63,910 nt of DNA, filler included, from Lama guanicoe (GCA_013239625.1; 80 parts of 78 records of this genome joined end to end with filler, not necessarily neighbours in it), one strand, 5' to 3'; counted from the whole stretch's first letter, positions 36,611 through 49,337 are shown. The notes: a model not told the origin generated them from the sequence alone. Numbers and translations are program-made.

Positions 36611-37122
36611 CTGGGATTCTGCGCTCCAACCACCTGAGGGCCCCATCCTGATAGTAAGTTCCCGGTCTCTCTGAGCCCTGGATGGGGAAGTCAGGACACA
36701 CCACGTGTGCTCATCCCGCCTGGGGGCCTCCCAGGACTGACAGCAGGGGCAGGATCGGTTGCGTCCCCTCTGTTCTGGGGTTTCTGGTCCCCTCACTCCT
36801 CCCTCAGGGTCCTCACCTTGACTCCTGGCAGGAGCTGAGATTCCCCCCTCAGCCCACCTGAGGCCCCGCCCGTCATTCCGGGACCCCAGTCCTTCCGGGA
36901 CCCGCATTTCAGGAACTGCTGCCCGAACCGCCCCATGGTCTCCCAGGACTGGCTCTGTTCTGGGGTCCAGGGTCCCTGAATGCTAACTCGCGGTCGTCAC
37001 CTTCACTCCCAGGCGGCCCTGAGATTCTCTCCTCCGTAGACCTGAGGCCACCGCCCTTTCACTATGTGCCCACTCTGTCTGAGACTCGGATGCGGAAGTC
37101 AGGACCAACCACGTGGGCCTGT
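36611..37122 (-). promoter_or_regulatory. MAGE (type I, cancer-testis) gene 5' region: repeated promoter / non-coding exon units
   Basis: The minus strand reads 'ctgccaggagtcaag|gtgaggaccctgagggaggagtgaggggacc...accccagaacagagggg...cctgcccctgctgtcagtcctgggaggcccc', the repeat characteristic of MAGE-A/B/C upstream regions. A second donor gaag|gtgacg lies at 37001/37000, and Ets-like GGAAGT motifs lie at 36686 and 37094. Confidence 0.7.
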
Positions 37123-37222
37123 NNNNNNNNNNNNNNNNNNNNNNNNNNNNNNNNNNNNNNNNNNNNTTAATTAATTAANNNNNNNNNNNNNNNNNNNNNN
37201 NNNNNNNNNNNNNNNNNNNNNN

Positions 37223-37998
37223 CAGTATTTTTATAGATCATGCTCCATTCAAAGTTACTACAAGAAAATATCTATAATTTCCTGTGCTATCTCCTTGTTG
37301 CTTATCTGTTTTATACATAGTAGTTTCTCTCTCTTAATCCCATACACTTAACATATCCCTCCCCCTTTTCTCTCCCTTTTGGTAACCACTAGAATGTTTT
37401 CTGTATATGTGAATTGGTTTCTGTTTTGTGTATATATTCATTTGTATTATTTTTTAGATTTCATATATAAGTGATATCAAACAGTATGACTCTTTCTCTG
37501 TCTGACATTTCACTAAACATAATTTTCTCTAGGTCCATCCATCATGTTGCAAATGGTAGAAATTCATTCTTTTTTATGACTAATATTCCATTTTATCTAG
37601 ATGATAGATAGATAGATAGAGTATATATAGCATAAATACATATATCTCACAGCTTCTATATCCTTTCATCTGTTGAGGGCACTCAGGCTGTTTCTATTTC
37701 TTGGCTATTGTGAATAGCGATGTTGTATAAACACTGCAATATGTGTGTCTTTTTGAATTAGTGTTTGTGTTTTTGTTTACCAAATATATACCTAGGAGTG
37801 GAATTGCTGGATCATATGTAGTTCTATTCTCAGCTTTTTGAGGAATCTCCACACTGGTTTTCATGGTGGCTGCACCAATTTATGTTTCCACCAACAGTGT
37901 ATAATGGTTTCGTTTTCTCCACATCCTCTCCAACATTTGTTATTTGTACTTTTTTTGATGCTAGCCATTCTGACAGGTGTGAGGTGATATTTCATTGC
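37223..37998 (-). mobile_element. L1 3' end (ORF2 C-terminus and 3'UTR)
   Basis: 'ttttagatttcatatataagtgatatca', 'tctaggtccatcc', 'cctaggagtggaattgctggatcatatg', 'gccattctgacaggtgtgaggtgatat'. Confidence 0.9.
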
Positions 37999-38894
37999 NN
38001 NNNNNNNNNNNNNNNNNNNNNNNNNNNNNNNNNNNNNNNNNNTTAATTAATTAANNNNNNNNNNNNNNNNNNNNNNNNNNNNNNNNNNNNNNNNNNNNTA
38101 ATATAAATTTTAAACAATGTTGTCCCCAGCTTTTAGTGAGAATAAAACGAAGAGTTGGGATTAAAAAGGCCCCACTGGCATCTTCATTGGCTGAAGATTT
38201 CAACAAGTAGCACTATAAAGCATTGGATAATATGGATAATAATAATTCTGGTTTTGTCTCTGACACTTTGGAGAAAGTGCATTTTTACTTTCTGCAAATT
38301 TAAACATGCCTCTAATAAGAAAGCCCTCTACTAGCCACATAATGGGTGATACAACTACCTCGATCAGAGTTAATTTTTCTCCTCCATCATCAATGTCAGT
38401 TAGACCACCAGAACAAATTGCAGTGGATCAGAGTGCTGTTCTAAATCAGTTGACCACTGTCCAAACGGGCACTCTCAAAGCAGCTACACTGAAGCAAATG
38501 GCCGTGTTGTGAACTTCATTACAACTACAAATTCTACTCTCAGTACAGCATCTTTTCTCCCATGCAGAGCAATTATTTTGGACTGACTGTGAAGCTTTGT
38601 ACTTTTCCAAAAAGATATCACAATATATCTGCCAATGAAGGTCATNNNNNNNNNNNNNNNNNNNNNNNNNNNNNNNNNNNNNNNNNNNNTTAATTAATTA
38701 ANNNNNNNNNNNNNNNNNNNNNNNNNNNNNNNNNNNNNNNNNNNNATATTTGAAGCTTACATTTAAGTAGTTACATTTAATCTCTTGCGTATTTAAAACA
38801 TAACTTCAGATCACTCTTTTAAGTGCATCTAAAGGGATGGAGATTCCTTTGTGAAATGATACCTGCCATCATTCATTTAAATATCTTTTTAATA

Positions 38895-38997
38895 TGAAAA
38901 TGAATATATGCATGTATCTGCATGACTGGGACACTGTGCTGTACTCCAGAAATGGACACATTGTAACTGACTGTACTTCAATAAAAAATTAAAAATA
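38895..38997 (+). mobile_element. Severely 5'-truncated L1 insertion (about 100 bp) with probable target-site duplication
   Basis: Matches the L1 terminus at 15045-15135; flanked by the imperfect direct repeat aaatatctttttaata / aacaccttttaata. Confidence 0.65.
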
Positions 38998-39351
38998 ACA
39001 CCTTTTAATACTAGGAATTCTACATCGTTCCTTTTCTCCTTCCATCCATGGGCAGGATTTTATTTACTGTAACATGTATTATGCTTGCAAGTCTTTTTAT
39101 TTCTAATAAAAAATCTAGTCTAACCAGACTCCTCTACTTAAGAAACGATAACTATTTCATTATTTTTTTCAAATTCCTATGATCCTGAAACTCTAAATGT
39201 TAAAAAAAAAAGTCTGGGTTGGTTATCCATTATAATTATTATGAACATTTANNNNNNNNNNNNNNNNNNNNNNNNNNNNNNNNNNNNNNNNNNNNTTAAT
39301 TAATTAANNNNNNNNNNNNNNNNNNNNNNNNNNNNNNNNNNNNNNNNNNNN

Positions 39352-39857
39352 TCTGTTGCATCAGTTGTAATGTCTCCTCTTTCATTTATAATTTTACTTA
39401 CTTGATTCCTTCTATCTTGTTTTTCTTGGTTAGTTTAGCCTAAAATTTGTCAACTTTATCTTTTCAAAGAAGGTTCTTTTTTTAATGTTTTCTATTGTAC
39501 TTCCATTTACATTTTAAACTATTTAAAAATTTTTCTTCTTTGATCCATTGGTTTTTCTGGATTGTCTTGTTTAATTTCCACATATTTGTGATTTTTTCCG
39601 CTTTCTGCCTGTTACTGATTTCTAGTATCATACCACTGTGTTCAGAAAAGATACTTAAAAAGATACTTGATTTCAATCTTGAATTAGCTAATATTTGTTT
39701 TGTGACCTATTATATAATTTATCCCAAGGAATGTTCCATAAGCTTGTGAAGATTGTGTGTTCTGCTACTGTTAGATGAAATTTTCTGTATATGTTTTTTA
39801 GGTCCATTTGGTTTAAAGTATGGTTCAATTACGATGTTTCCTTGTTCATTTTCTGTC
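39352..39857 (-). mobile_element. L1 ORF2 endonuclease-region fragment
   Basis: The minus-strand peptide SIFSEHSGMILEISNRQK...NMWKLNKT...NQWIKEE matches the L1 EN C-terminal SDHNGMKLEI...WKLN motif. Confidence 0.9.
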
Positions 39858-39957
39858 NNNNNNNNNNNNNNNNNNNNNNNNNNNNNNNNNNNNNNNNNNN
39901 NTTAATTAATTAANNNNNNNNNNNNNNNNNNNNNNNNNNNNNNNNNNNNNNNNNNNN

Positions 39958-40911
39958 CCTTGGTGGGAGCTGGATCTGACAGCAGCACTGGCCGCATCTT
40001 CTCCCACGTGTCCTGGTGGACTCCACCCTGGTGGGAGGTAGGGGTGGAGCTGGAGGGGCCAGAGACAGGCCCAGGGCCAAGCTGGGGCTTCTCTGCTCAG
40101 TGGCTGTCACTGCCCTGTCAAAGGAGGGATCAGGGTCACAGGGCTGGAACAGGAGCCCTGAGGGAGGTGGGTTCCTTCCAGGGGTGCTGGCAGTCTCCAC
40201 CTCGGGGGGTGGGTGTGGGCTCAGGGCCTGAGGCCTGGGGGCTGCACTTCTGTGCTGGTGTCACTGTGTCCCCGGTGTGCTCGCGCGGCTAGAGGCTGGG
40301 CGTGACGGGAGGGGCAGCGTCGCGCTGCCGAGCTGACTTTGCTCCCTCCCACGGGTGAGCAGTGACACGCGCTGGCAGTGGTGCCTGCGCCCTGGGCAGA
40401 GGCAAGGCTGAGGTCCAAGCCGGCTCCGTCCCCTCCAGGTGTGCACGCTGTCGTGGGCAGTGGCCGCCTCTGCCTCAGTGGGGAGCATCCCGGAGCTGGA
40501 GGGGCTGGGGCAGGAGCCCGGTGGGGGCCGGGGGGGATGCAGCAGTCCCGACAGGCCGGCCGGAGCCCCCGGCAGTTCTCAGCCTGCTGCCTCCACTCTG
40601 CGGCTGGGAGAGAGCCGGTCCGGGCCCTTCAGGAGCAGAGTCTCAGTTTCTTACAGCCCCCTGGTGAGCCTCACTGGTTTTCACACCGGCTGAGGGGTCT
40701 CTCTTCCCGGTGTCGGCCCCCAGGGCTGGGGTGCCCAGTGCGGAGCCTAAAAAAAAAGGAGACGCGAGCCTGTGATGTCCCCTCCTCTTCTGTGTGCGGG
40801 TCCTGACCATGTCCCTTCCCCCTTCCTTCCAGACTCCGTGTGGACCTTTCTTCTCAGCCCCGGCTGCAGGGGAGCTGTTCTGCGGGTCCCCAGGCTGATG
40901 TCACTGAGAGT
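39958..40911 (-). mobile_element. GC-rich L1 5' end of a second, unrelated promoter type
   Basis: Antisense motifs 'cccttcaggagcagagtctcagtttcttacagcccc', 'gcctcactggttttca', 'cccagggctggggtgccca', 'gagctgttctgc' recalled from older laurasiatherian L1 5' ends. Confidence 0.55.
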
Positions 40912-41749
40912 NNNNNNNNNNNNNNNNNNNNNNNNNNNNNNNNNNNNNNNNNNNNTTAATTAATTAANNNNNNNNNNNNNNNNNNNNNNNNNNNNNNNNN
41001 NNNNNNNNNNNTCACATAGTTTATGTCCAGTTTCCCACTATAGTAACATTTGAATAACTCTACTGTATCACAAGTTGGAAATAGGCATTGATACAATCTA
41101 TCCAACTCTATCAACTCACTCATTATAAACGCAATTATTTTTAAAAGTGTTTGCTTAGATCTATGCAGTTTGATCACATGCATAGATTTTAAAAAATTAA
41201 TGTTGCACAGTGTGCATTTTTTCTTACTTTTCCTTTTAAACTACCTCTACTGTTATAATTTGAAGTATTTCCTTAAGACAGCACATTGATGAGTCAACAG
41301 GCTAAATTTCCATGCTGGCAATATCTTTTCATTGGCGTGTTTAAACTATTTATATAATTTGAAGTCATCATGGATATGTCAGATCTTTCTTAAATTCTTC
41401 AATTAAATTAATTTTTTTTTTTACTTATTTCTTCTATATCTCAATGGAATAAGTTCCCTGGCATTCTTGTGGGAAACATAAATATTTTTTTAGAGAATTC
41501 ATCTTGATTTATTATTATTTCTTACCATATCAGNNNNNNNNNNNNNNNNNNNNNNNNNNNNNNNNNNNNNNNNNNNNTTAATTAATTAANNNNNNNNNNN
41601 NNNNNNNNNNNNNNNNNNNNNNNNNNNNNNNNNCTTTCTAGCCTTCATACCTTGTGATATGTTTCCCTAAGCGACAATTAAGTGAATATCTCCTTAAAAG
41701 ACAAGTGATATGTTTAGGAAATTTGAGGGATCAATATAAATAGCTCAGA

Positions 41750-42450
41750 ACTTATATGGAAAATTTATTCATAAGAGCGAGCCCCAATATTATACAATGA
41801 GGAAGGAATGGTCTATTTAACAAATGGTTTTGGAAAAACTGGACAACCACATGCAAAAATTCACCTTACACACGTATTAACTTAAAATGGATCAAAGACT
41901 TAAACATAAGGCCTGAAACCATAAAGCAACAAGAAGAAGGCATCAGCTTCTTGACATTAGACTTGGTGAAGATTTTTTGGATCTGACACCAAGCGCAATA
42001 GCAATAAAACCAAAAATAAATATGGTAGACTGTAGCCAACTACAAAGCTTTTCCCAGGAAAAGGAACCATCCACAAAATAAAAGGACAACCTACAAAATG
42101 AGAGACAATATTTGCATATGATATATCTGATAAGGAGTTAATAAGAAAAATATGTAAAGAATTCACACAACTCATTAAAAACCAAAAAAAGAGAAACAAT
42201 TAATAAATCTGATTGAAAATAAACACTGGAGTTAAATAAATATGCTTCTAAAGAAAACATACAAATGTCTAATGTACATGAAAAGTGGTTTGAAATCAAT
42301 AATCAACTGGAAAATGAAAGTCAACACCACATTGGCGTATCATTTCACATCCATTAGAATGTCTATCATCAGAAAGACAAGAGATTAAAAGTGTCCACAA
42401 GGATGTGGAAAAAAAGGAACTCTTGGACATTGATAGTAGGAATAAAATAT
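41750..42450 (+). mobile_element. L1 ORF2 C-terminal region
   Basis: 'tttaacaaatggttttggaaaaactggacaaccacatgcaaaa', 'aaaatggatcaaagacttaaacataaggcctgaaacc', 'tctgataaggagttaata'. Confidence 0.9.
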
Positions 42451-42652
42451 GTGCAATGCATGTCTTCAATAGTCAAAGATTTCCTACAAAAGTACAAGAA
42501 AATAAACTAATCCTCAAAGAGAAAGATGGGAAAGAACATGGAGAGAAATTTTNNNNNNNNNNNNNNNNNNNNNNNNNNNNNNNNNNNNNNNNNNNNTTAA
42601 TTAATTAANNNNNNNNNNNNNNNNNNNNNNNNNNNNNNNNNNNNNNNNNNNN

Positions 42653-43174
42653 TAGGATACAGAATATAGAATGTAGAACACACAATATAGAATATTACAT
42701 ATAGTATATGGAACCCAAAATTAAGAACATGGAATGCAGAACACAGAATAAAGAATATAGTATACAGAATACAGACTATAGAATTTAGAATATAGAAAGC
42801 AGAACACAGAATTTAGAATATANNNNNNNNNNNNNNNNNNNNNNNNNNNNNNNNNNNNNNNNNNNNNNNNNNNNNNNNNNNNNNNNNNNNNNNNNNNNNN
42901 NNNNNNNNNNNNNNNNNNNNNNNNNNNNNNNNNNNNNNNNNNNNNNNTACAGAATATAGAACCCAAAATTTAGAAAATGGAATGCAGAACACAGAATTTA
43001 GAATATACAATATCGAATACTGAATATAGAATATGAATATAGAATGTAGAACGCAGAATATAGAATATAGAAAACGGATGGAGAATATAGAATATAGAAT
43101 ATAGAATGATGAACACCAAATATACAATAGAGAATAGAGAATATAGAACCCAGGATTTAGAATATGGAATGTAG
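42653..43174 (-). repeat. Heptamer-based satellite (opposite orientation)
   Basis: (AGAATAT)n units; 'gaacatggaatgcagaacacagaat' is the reverse complement of the landmark. Confidence 0.95.
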
Positions 43175-43274
43175 NNNNNNNNNNNNNNNNNNNNNNNNNN
43201 NNNNNNNNNNNNNNNNNNTTAATTAATTAANNNNNNNNNNNNNNNNNNNNNNNNNNNNNNNNNNNNNNNNNNNN

Positions 43275-43855
43275 AGAATATAGAACACAGAATTTAGAAC
43301 ATGGAATTCAGAGCACAGAACTTTGAATATAGAATAGAGAATACTGAATATAGAATTAAGAATATAGAATTTAGAAAACTGAATATAGAATATAGAATAA
43401 ACAATAGTGAATATAGATTTAGAATATAGAATGTAGAACACGGAATATAGAATATAGAATAGAGAATGTAGAACCCAGAATTTAGAACATGGAATTCCGA
43501 ATACAGAATTTAGAATATAGAATACAGAATACTGAATATAGAATTTAGAATATAGAATGTATATCGCAGAATAAAGAAAATAGAATACGGAATGTAGAAT
43601 ATAAAATACAGATATAGAATATAGAACACAGAATATAGAATATGGATAACAGAATACAGAACCCAGAATTTAAAACATGGAATGCAGAACACAAAATTTA
43701 AAATATAGAATACAGAATACAGAATATAGGATTAAGAACATAGAATTTAGAACATGAAATTCAGAACACAGAATTGAGAATATAGAACAAAGTATACTGA
43801 ATATACAATTAAGAATATAGAATGTAGAACACAGATTATAAATATAGAATATAGA
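43275..43855 (-). repeat. Heptamer-based satellite (opposite orientation)
   Basis: The landmark 'atggaat' occurs at 43301, 43489 and 43677 (188 bp period). Confidence 0.95.
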
Positions 43856-43955
43856 NNNNNNNNNNNNNNNNNNNNNNNNNNNNNNNNNNNNNNNNNNNNT
43901 TAATTAATTAANNNNNNNNNNNNNNNNNNNNNNNNNNNNNNNNNNNNNNNNNNNN

Positions 43956-44566
43956 TATATTCTACATTCTGTGTTCTGTATTCCATGTTCTAAATTCTGG
44001 GTTCGTTATTCTCTATTCTATATTCTGTGTTCTGCATTGTATATTCTAAATTCTATATTCATATTCTGTATTCTATATTCTTAATTCTGTGTTTTGAATT
44101 CCATGTTCTAAATTCTGGGTTCTATATTCTCTATTATATATTCTATATTTTGTGTNNNNNNNNNNNNNNNNNNNNNNNNNNNNNNNNNNNNNNNNNNNNN
44201 NNNNNNNNNNNNNNNNNNNNNNNNNNNNNNNNNNNNNNNNNNNNNNNNNNNNNNNNNNNNNNNNNNNNNNNNNNNNNNNNNNNNNNNACATTCTATATTC
44301 TATATTCTATATTCAGTATTCTGTGTTCTATATTCTTAATTCTGTGTTCTGCATTCCATGTTCTAAATTCTGTGTTCTGTATTCTGTTTCCATATTCTAA
44401 GTTCTTTGTTCTAAATTCTGTATTCTTTTACTATATTCTGCATTCCGTGTTCTATATTCTATATTCTGTGTTCTACATTCGATTTTCTAAATACTATATT
44501 CAGTTGTCTGTATTCTTGATTCTAATTTCTGTGTTCTGCATTCAATATTCTAAATTCTCTATTCTA
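43956..44566 (+). repeat. Heptamer-based satellite
   Basis: RTTCTRH units throughout. Confidence 0.95.
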
Positions 44567-44679
44567 NNNNNNNNNNNNNNNNNNNNNNNNNNNNNNNNNN
44601 NNNNNNNNNNTTAATTAATTAANNNNNNNNNNNNNNNNNNNNNNNNNNNNNNNNNNNNNNNNNNNNCAATGTTCAGAAA

Positions 44680-44945
44680 GGCTGCTGACCATGAAAATGG
44701 AGGAAGTTGTGGGGCGCAAGCTAAGGAAGGTGTGTGACATCTGTAAACTGGAAAAAAAAATAAAACAAGGAGAAAATCTCTTCTAGAACCTCTAGAAGGA
44801 AGGAACCCTGCTGGTACCTTGAATTTAGCCCAATGAGAACTGTGTTGGGTCTCTGAACTACACAGCCATAAGCTGATAATTCTGTGCTAGTTTAAGCTAT
44901 TAAGCTTATGGAAATTTGCTACAGTGGTAATAGGAAAATAACATA
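44680..44945 (+). mobile_element. MaLR MLT1-type LTR, 3' part
   Basis: 'ctagaacctctagaagga...ccctgctggtaccttgaatttagcccaatgaga', 'tttaagctattaag', 'aatttgctacagtggtaataggaaa'. Confidence 0.75.
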
Positions 44946-45256
44946 GTGAGCGATAGTGTAAGGGATTAAAGGTATAGAATGGGGTGTGGAGAGAATTCTG
45001 ACATTTGCACCTAAAAAACAACCAGGTGAAGTGGGAAGGTGTTTTAAGGAAGACCTACCTGGCAGGGCTCTAAAGCAGACTGGAGCGAGGGGAGCATTGG
45101 AGTTAGAGGAATCAATTAAACCTCTACCAGAAAAATAAGGAATAAAATGTAACAGGTCTTCAGTGTTAGTGGATGTAGGAATGGAAATGGGAATATAAAC
45201 ACTACTTTGAAATTAGCTACAGGTTTGATGACTGCATGTTAGGGAGAGTTAGCCGA

Positions 45257-45409
45257 TGTGTGGACTGAATGTTTGCATCTCCTCAAAATCCATGTGACGA
45301 AACCCCATCTCCCAGGGTGATGGTATAGGGAGGCGGGATATTTGGGAGGTGATTAGTAGCATAAAATGAGGTCATGAGAGTAGAGCCCTCATGAATGGTA
45401 TTAGTGTTC
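45257..45409 (+). mobile_element. MaLR MLT1A/B-type LTR, 5' part
   Basis: 'tgtgtggactgaatgttt...caaaatccatgtg..gaaaccc', 'tttgggaggtgattag', 'agccctcatgaatggtattagtg'. Confidence 0.75.
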
Positions 45410-45509
45410 NNNNNNNNNNNNNNNNNNNNNNNNNNNNNNNNNNNNNNNNNNNNTTAATTAATTAANNNNNNNNNNNNNNNNNNNNNNNNNNNNNNNNNNN
45501 NNNNNNNNN

Positions 45510-45933
45510 AAACCGGCACTAGGAAAATTCTGAGAAACGAGAGGAAGTGTTTCCCCTGATACCCGTTCCCTTTTTGCTGGATGAACGAACGTCTCTCCAC
45601 ATGCTCACTTCTGAGAGATAATTGTGTGTGAAATCTGTCCTTCACCTATCTTGAAGGGAACACAAAATTTCTTTTCAGTTGCAAACTCCACTTCATACAT
45701 TTAATGGGGATGTACAAGCTCCAACTGTATTTTACAGTGAAAACTGCAGGAACTGCAAACCGGCCCTTGGAAACAGACTGAGAAACCAAAATATGTGTTT
45801 CTCCTGCAACCCGTTCCTTTTGTGCTGTATGAACGACCGTCTCTCTACATGCTCAGTTCTGAGATATAATTGTGTGTGAAATCTGTCCTTCACCTATCTT
45901 GAAGGGAACACAAAGTTTCATTTCAGTTTAAAG
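45510..45933 (-). repeat. About 248-bp satellite (reverse orientation)
   Basis: 'catgctca' at 45600 and 45848; reverse complement of the 35026 family. Confidence 0.93.
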
Positions 45934-46033
45934 NNNNNNNNNNNNNNNNNNNNNNNNNNNNNNNNNNNNNNNNNNNNTTAATTAATTAANNNNNNNNNNN
46001 NNNNNNNNNNNNNNNNNNNNNNNNNNNNNNNNN

Positions 46034-46553
46034 CTCGGCAGCAATATTGCACGACAGGGAGGAGTGCCAGGACACAGACCATTACCTGAATGGCCAAATG
46101 CTGCCACATAGGGAAGCCTATGCCCCATAACCATCATTCCTAATAACGGCAGATTTTGAGAATTCCACAGAACAGCAAATCTTAAAAGAATTCATCAGAT
46201 GAAAACTTATCCTACAAGAATGTTTGAGAAATCTACCCTGAATAGAAAAGCAGCAAGATGAAATGGAAAGAAGAAACCATTATTGGAAATGCAAGAAGAG
46301 CATGAGTGGCAAATTAGAAACAAGAAGAAGGCAAGGTGGTCATCAAAACCCTAAAGATGGGAGAGGGAAGCAGGAAATCATAGGTGATTGGAAGCACTCT
46401 CTTAAGTGAATCAGCTTATTTGACTCTCTGTTTGAAGCGAAAGGAAAGATGCATAGCCTGACGTGTTTGCAAAACTAGCGAAACCAACAAAGATTCAAAC
46501 CAAACAACAAGCACCAAAAGTGTACGGATGGCTGAAATTTAACAAGGGAACCA
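46034..46553 (+). mobile_element. Strongly diverged L1 ORF1 end / inter-ORF fragment
   Basis: 'gagaattccacagaacagcaaatcttaaaagaattcatc', 'ctaccctgaatagaaaagcagca', 'tgggagagggaagca'. Confidence 0.5.
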
Positions 46554-46653
46554 NNNNNNNNNNNNNNNNNNNNNNNNNNNNNNNNNNNNNNNNNNNNTTA
46601 ATTAATTAANNNNNNNNNNNNNNNNNNNNNNNNNNNNNNNNNNNNNNNNNNNN

Positions 46654-46787
46654 GCTAGGGGTGATTGCAGGATATCCCAGTGACCGAGGCTGCCTCCCCA
46701 CGTTCAGAGAAGTTATTTCCCGGACTTCCACGATCAGGGAACACCTGTGACTGAAGAGAGCTGCGTGGAGTTGTCTCTCGAGCTCCC
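46654..46787 (+). repeat. 267-bp satellite, half monomer
   Basis: Identical to 47562-47695. Confidence 0.95.
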
Positions 46788-46887
46788 NNNNNNNNNNNNN
46801 NNNNNNNNNNNNNNNNNNNNNNNNNNNNNNNTTAATTAATTAANNNNNNNNNNNNNNNNNNNNNNNNNNNNNNNNNNNNNNNNNNNN

Positions 46888-47908
46888 CACGCACTGACAA
46901 TGGTTCCGGAATCCTGAGCGTGGGGAGGTTCCACCAACGGTCGGCAGCGCGTGGGTTCTAACGGAATGCCTAAGCTCGTCTCCCCTGAGGTTTTTCCTAA
47001 TGTCTCTGTGCCAGGGAATGCTAGGGGTGATTGCAGGATATCCCAGTGACCGAGGCTGCCTCCCCATGGTCAGGGAAGATATTTCCCGGACTTCCCCTAA
47101 CAGGGAAAACCTGTGACTGAAGAGTGCTGCGTGGAGTTGTCTCTCGTGCTCCCCCATCCACTGACAATCTTTCCGGAATCCTTTGCGTGGGGAGACTCCA
47201 CCAACGGTCGGCAGCCCGTGGGTTCTAACGGAATGCCTAATCTCGTCTCCCATGAGGGTTTTCCTAATGTCTCTGTGCCAGGGAATGGTGGGGGTGTTTG
47301 CCGGATATCCCAATATCCCAGTGACATACGCTGCCTCCCCAATTTCAGGGAAGATATTTCCCGGAATTCCACGTACAGGGAACTCCTTCGAATGAAGAGA
47401 GCTGCGTGGAATTTTCTCTCGAGCTCCCCCACGCACTGAAGATAGTTCCGGAATCCTGAGCGTGGGGAGGTTCCAGCAACTGTCGGCAGCGCGTGGGTTC
47501 TAACGGAATGCCTAAGCTGGTCTCCCCTGACGGTTTTCCTAATATATCTATGCCAGGGAATGCTAGGGGTGATTGCAGGATATCCCAGTGACCGAGGCTG
47601 CCTCCCCACGTTCAGAGAAGTTATTTCCCGGACTTCCACGATCAGGGAACACCTGTGACTGAAGAGAGCTGCGTGGAGTTGTCTCTCGAGCTCCCNNNNN
47701 NNNNNNNNNNNNNNNNNNNNNNNNNNNNNNNNNNNNNNNNNNNNNNNNNNNNNNNNNNNNNNNNNNNNNNNNNNNNNNNNNNNNNNNNNNNNNNNNNNNN
47801 NNNNNNNNNNNNNNNNNNNNNNNTGCCAGGGAATGCTAGGGGTGATTGTAGGATATCAAAGTGACCGAGGCTGCCTCCCCAAGGTCAGGGAATGTATTTC
47901 CCGGACTT
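46888..47908 (+). repeat. 267-bp satellite, second subfamily
   Basis: Same monomer, with diagnostic 'gtgattgcaggatatcccagtgaccgagg' and 'atttcccggacttc'. Confidence 0.95.
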
Positions 47909-49337
47909 NNNNNNNNNNNNNNNNNNNNNNNNNNNNNNNNNNNNNNNNNNNNTTAATTAATTAANNNNNNNNNNNNNNNNNNNNNNNNNNNNNNNNNNNN
48001 NNNNNNNNGTCTATGGAGAACCAGGTGTACTTCTATCAGTGATGAGAACGCTTTATCTCCCGATCATGTTGGGTAAAGCCATTTAACGCAATCAAGTCTG
48101 CACCCCCATGTTATAGTGCCCCCGGGGGCTTGACTCAAGTGAAAGACGATCCACATAAGCTGTGTCTTTAATGTCATTGGCGACTTTTACAGTACAGTTC
48201 ACTTTCTGACTTGTACTATTTACCTATANNNNNNNNNNNNNNNNNNNNNNNNNNNNNNNNNNNNNNNNNNNNNNNNNNNNNNNNNNNNNNNNNNNNNNNN
48301 NNNNNNNNNNNNNNNNNNNNNNNNNNNNNNNNNNNNNNNNNNNNNNNNNAGGCCATCTTGGTGTGAGTTAGTTATTCAATTTTTATCAATTTCAGCCGAG
48401 ACTATTTGACCTTTAAGGATTTCACTGTTGTTCANNNNNNNNNNNNNNNNNNNNNNNNNNNNNNNNNNNNNNNNNNNNTTAATTAATTAANNNNNNNNNN
48501 NNNNNNNNNNNNNNNNNNNNNNNNNNNNNNNNNNTGTCTGTATGTGTGTGTGCGTGCCCTGTAATGTTACTGTGATTGGTCATAATCTTGATAAATTATT
48601 GCTCTGATGACACTAAATAACACTTCTGGAGTTGGAGCCCTTGCTTTTGTTTTCTGGTAGTTTGCAATATTGCACAATTTTTGGTTTTACTTAACTCAGC
48701 TACCTCTGATAATATTTCAAAATGGCACTTTTCAGTCACTACTGTCTGGATAAAAGATGTGCTTTCATTGTCACTTCTTACCCTTCTCTGGTAGTTAATG
48801 CCACTTTTGTCACTGGGATGGTGAACCCTTCCTTTTATCTGATATCCATTGAGACTCAGTGTACACATTGAGGAAAGGTGCAAAGACTGGTGGGTATTTG
48901 GAATCAGGCAAGTGTCTTAGCCATGTCCAGTGTTGCGTGGTATCTTGTCTCCACCACTGTGAATGGGGAGTAGGGAGGATGTCTGAAGGATGGAAATTCT
49001 GTCTCAATTTTAGCTCCCCCCTAGTTAATGTGACCATGAGTACTGGTGCAGTTGGAGGCTGAAGCTGTGTGAACCACTGAGACCCTGATTCTACTGGGTA
49101 CTCTGAACTTGAGTATTCATATATCCTAGTCAGGTGGCCTTGGTTGCAAGGTGGCCTTGGTTGCAGACACCAAATTTGCTCTTCCCATAGTTCAGTCTCT
49201 TTTGTGTATTTTAGTCCACCAAACTTTACCTGTTCTCNNNNNNNNNNNNNNNNNNNNNNNNNNNNNNNNNNNNNNNNNNNNTTAATTAATTAANNNNNNN
49301 NNNNNNNNNNNNNNNNNNNNNNNNNNNNNNNNNNNNN

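Noticed and set aside
46840..47639. 180-208 aa ORFs in the 267-bp satellite (also 55563-56189)
   Set aside because: 267 is a multiple of 3, so stop-free frames propagate through monomers; other copies carry stops and frameshifts.
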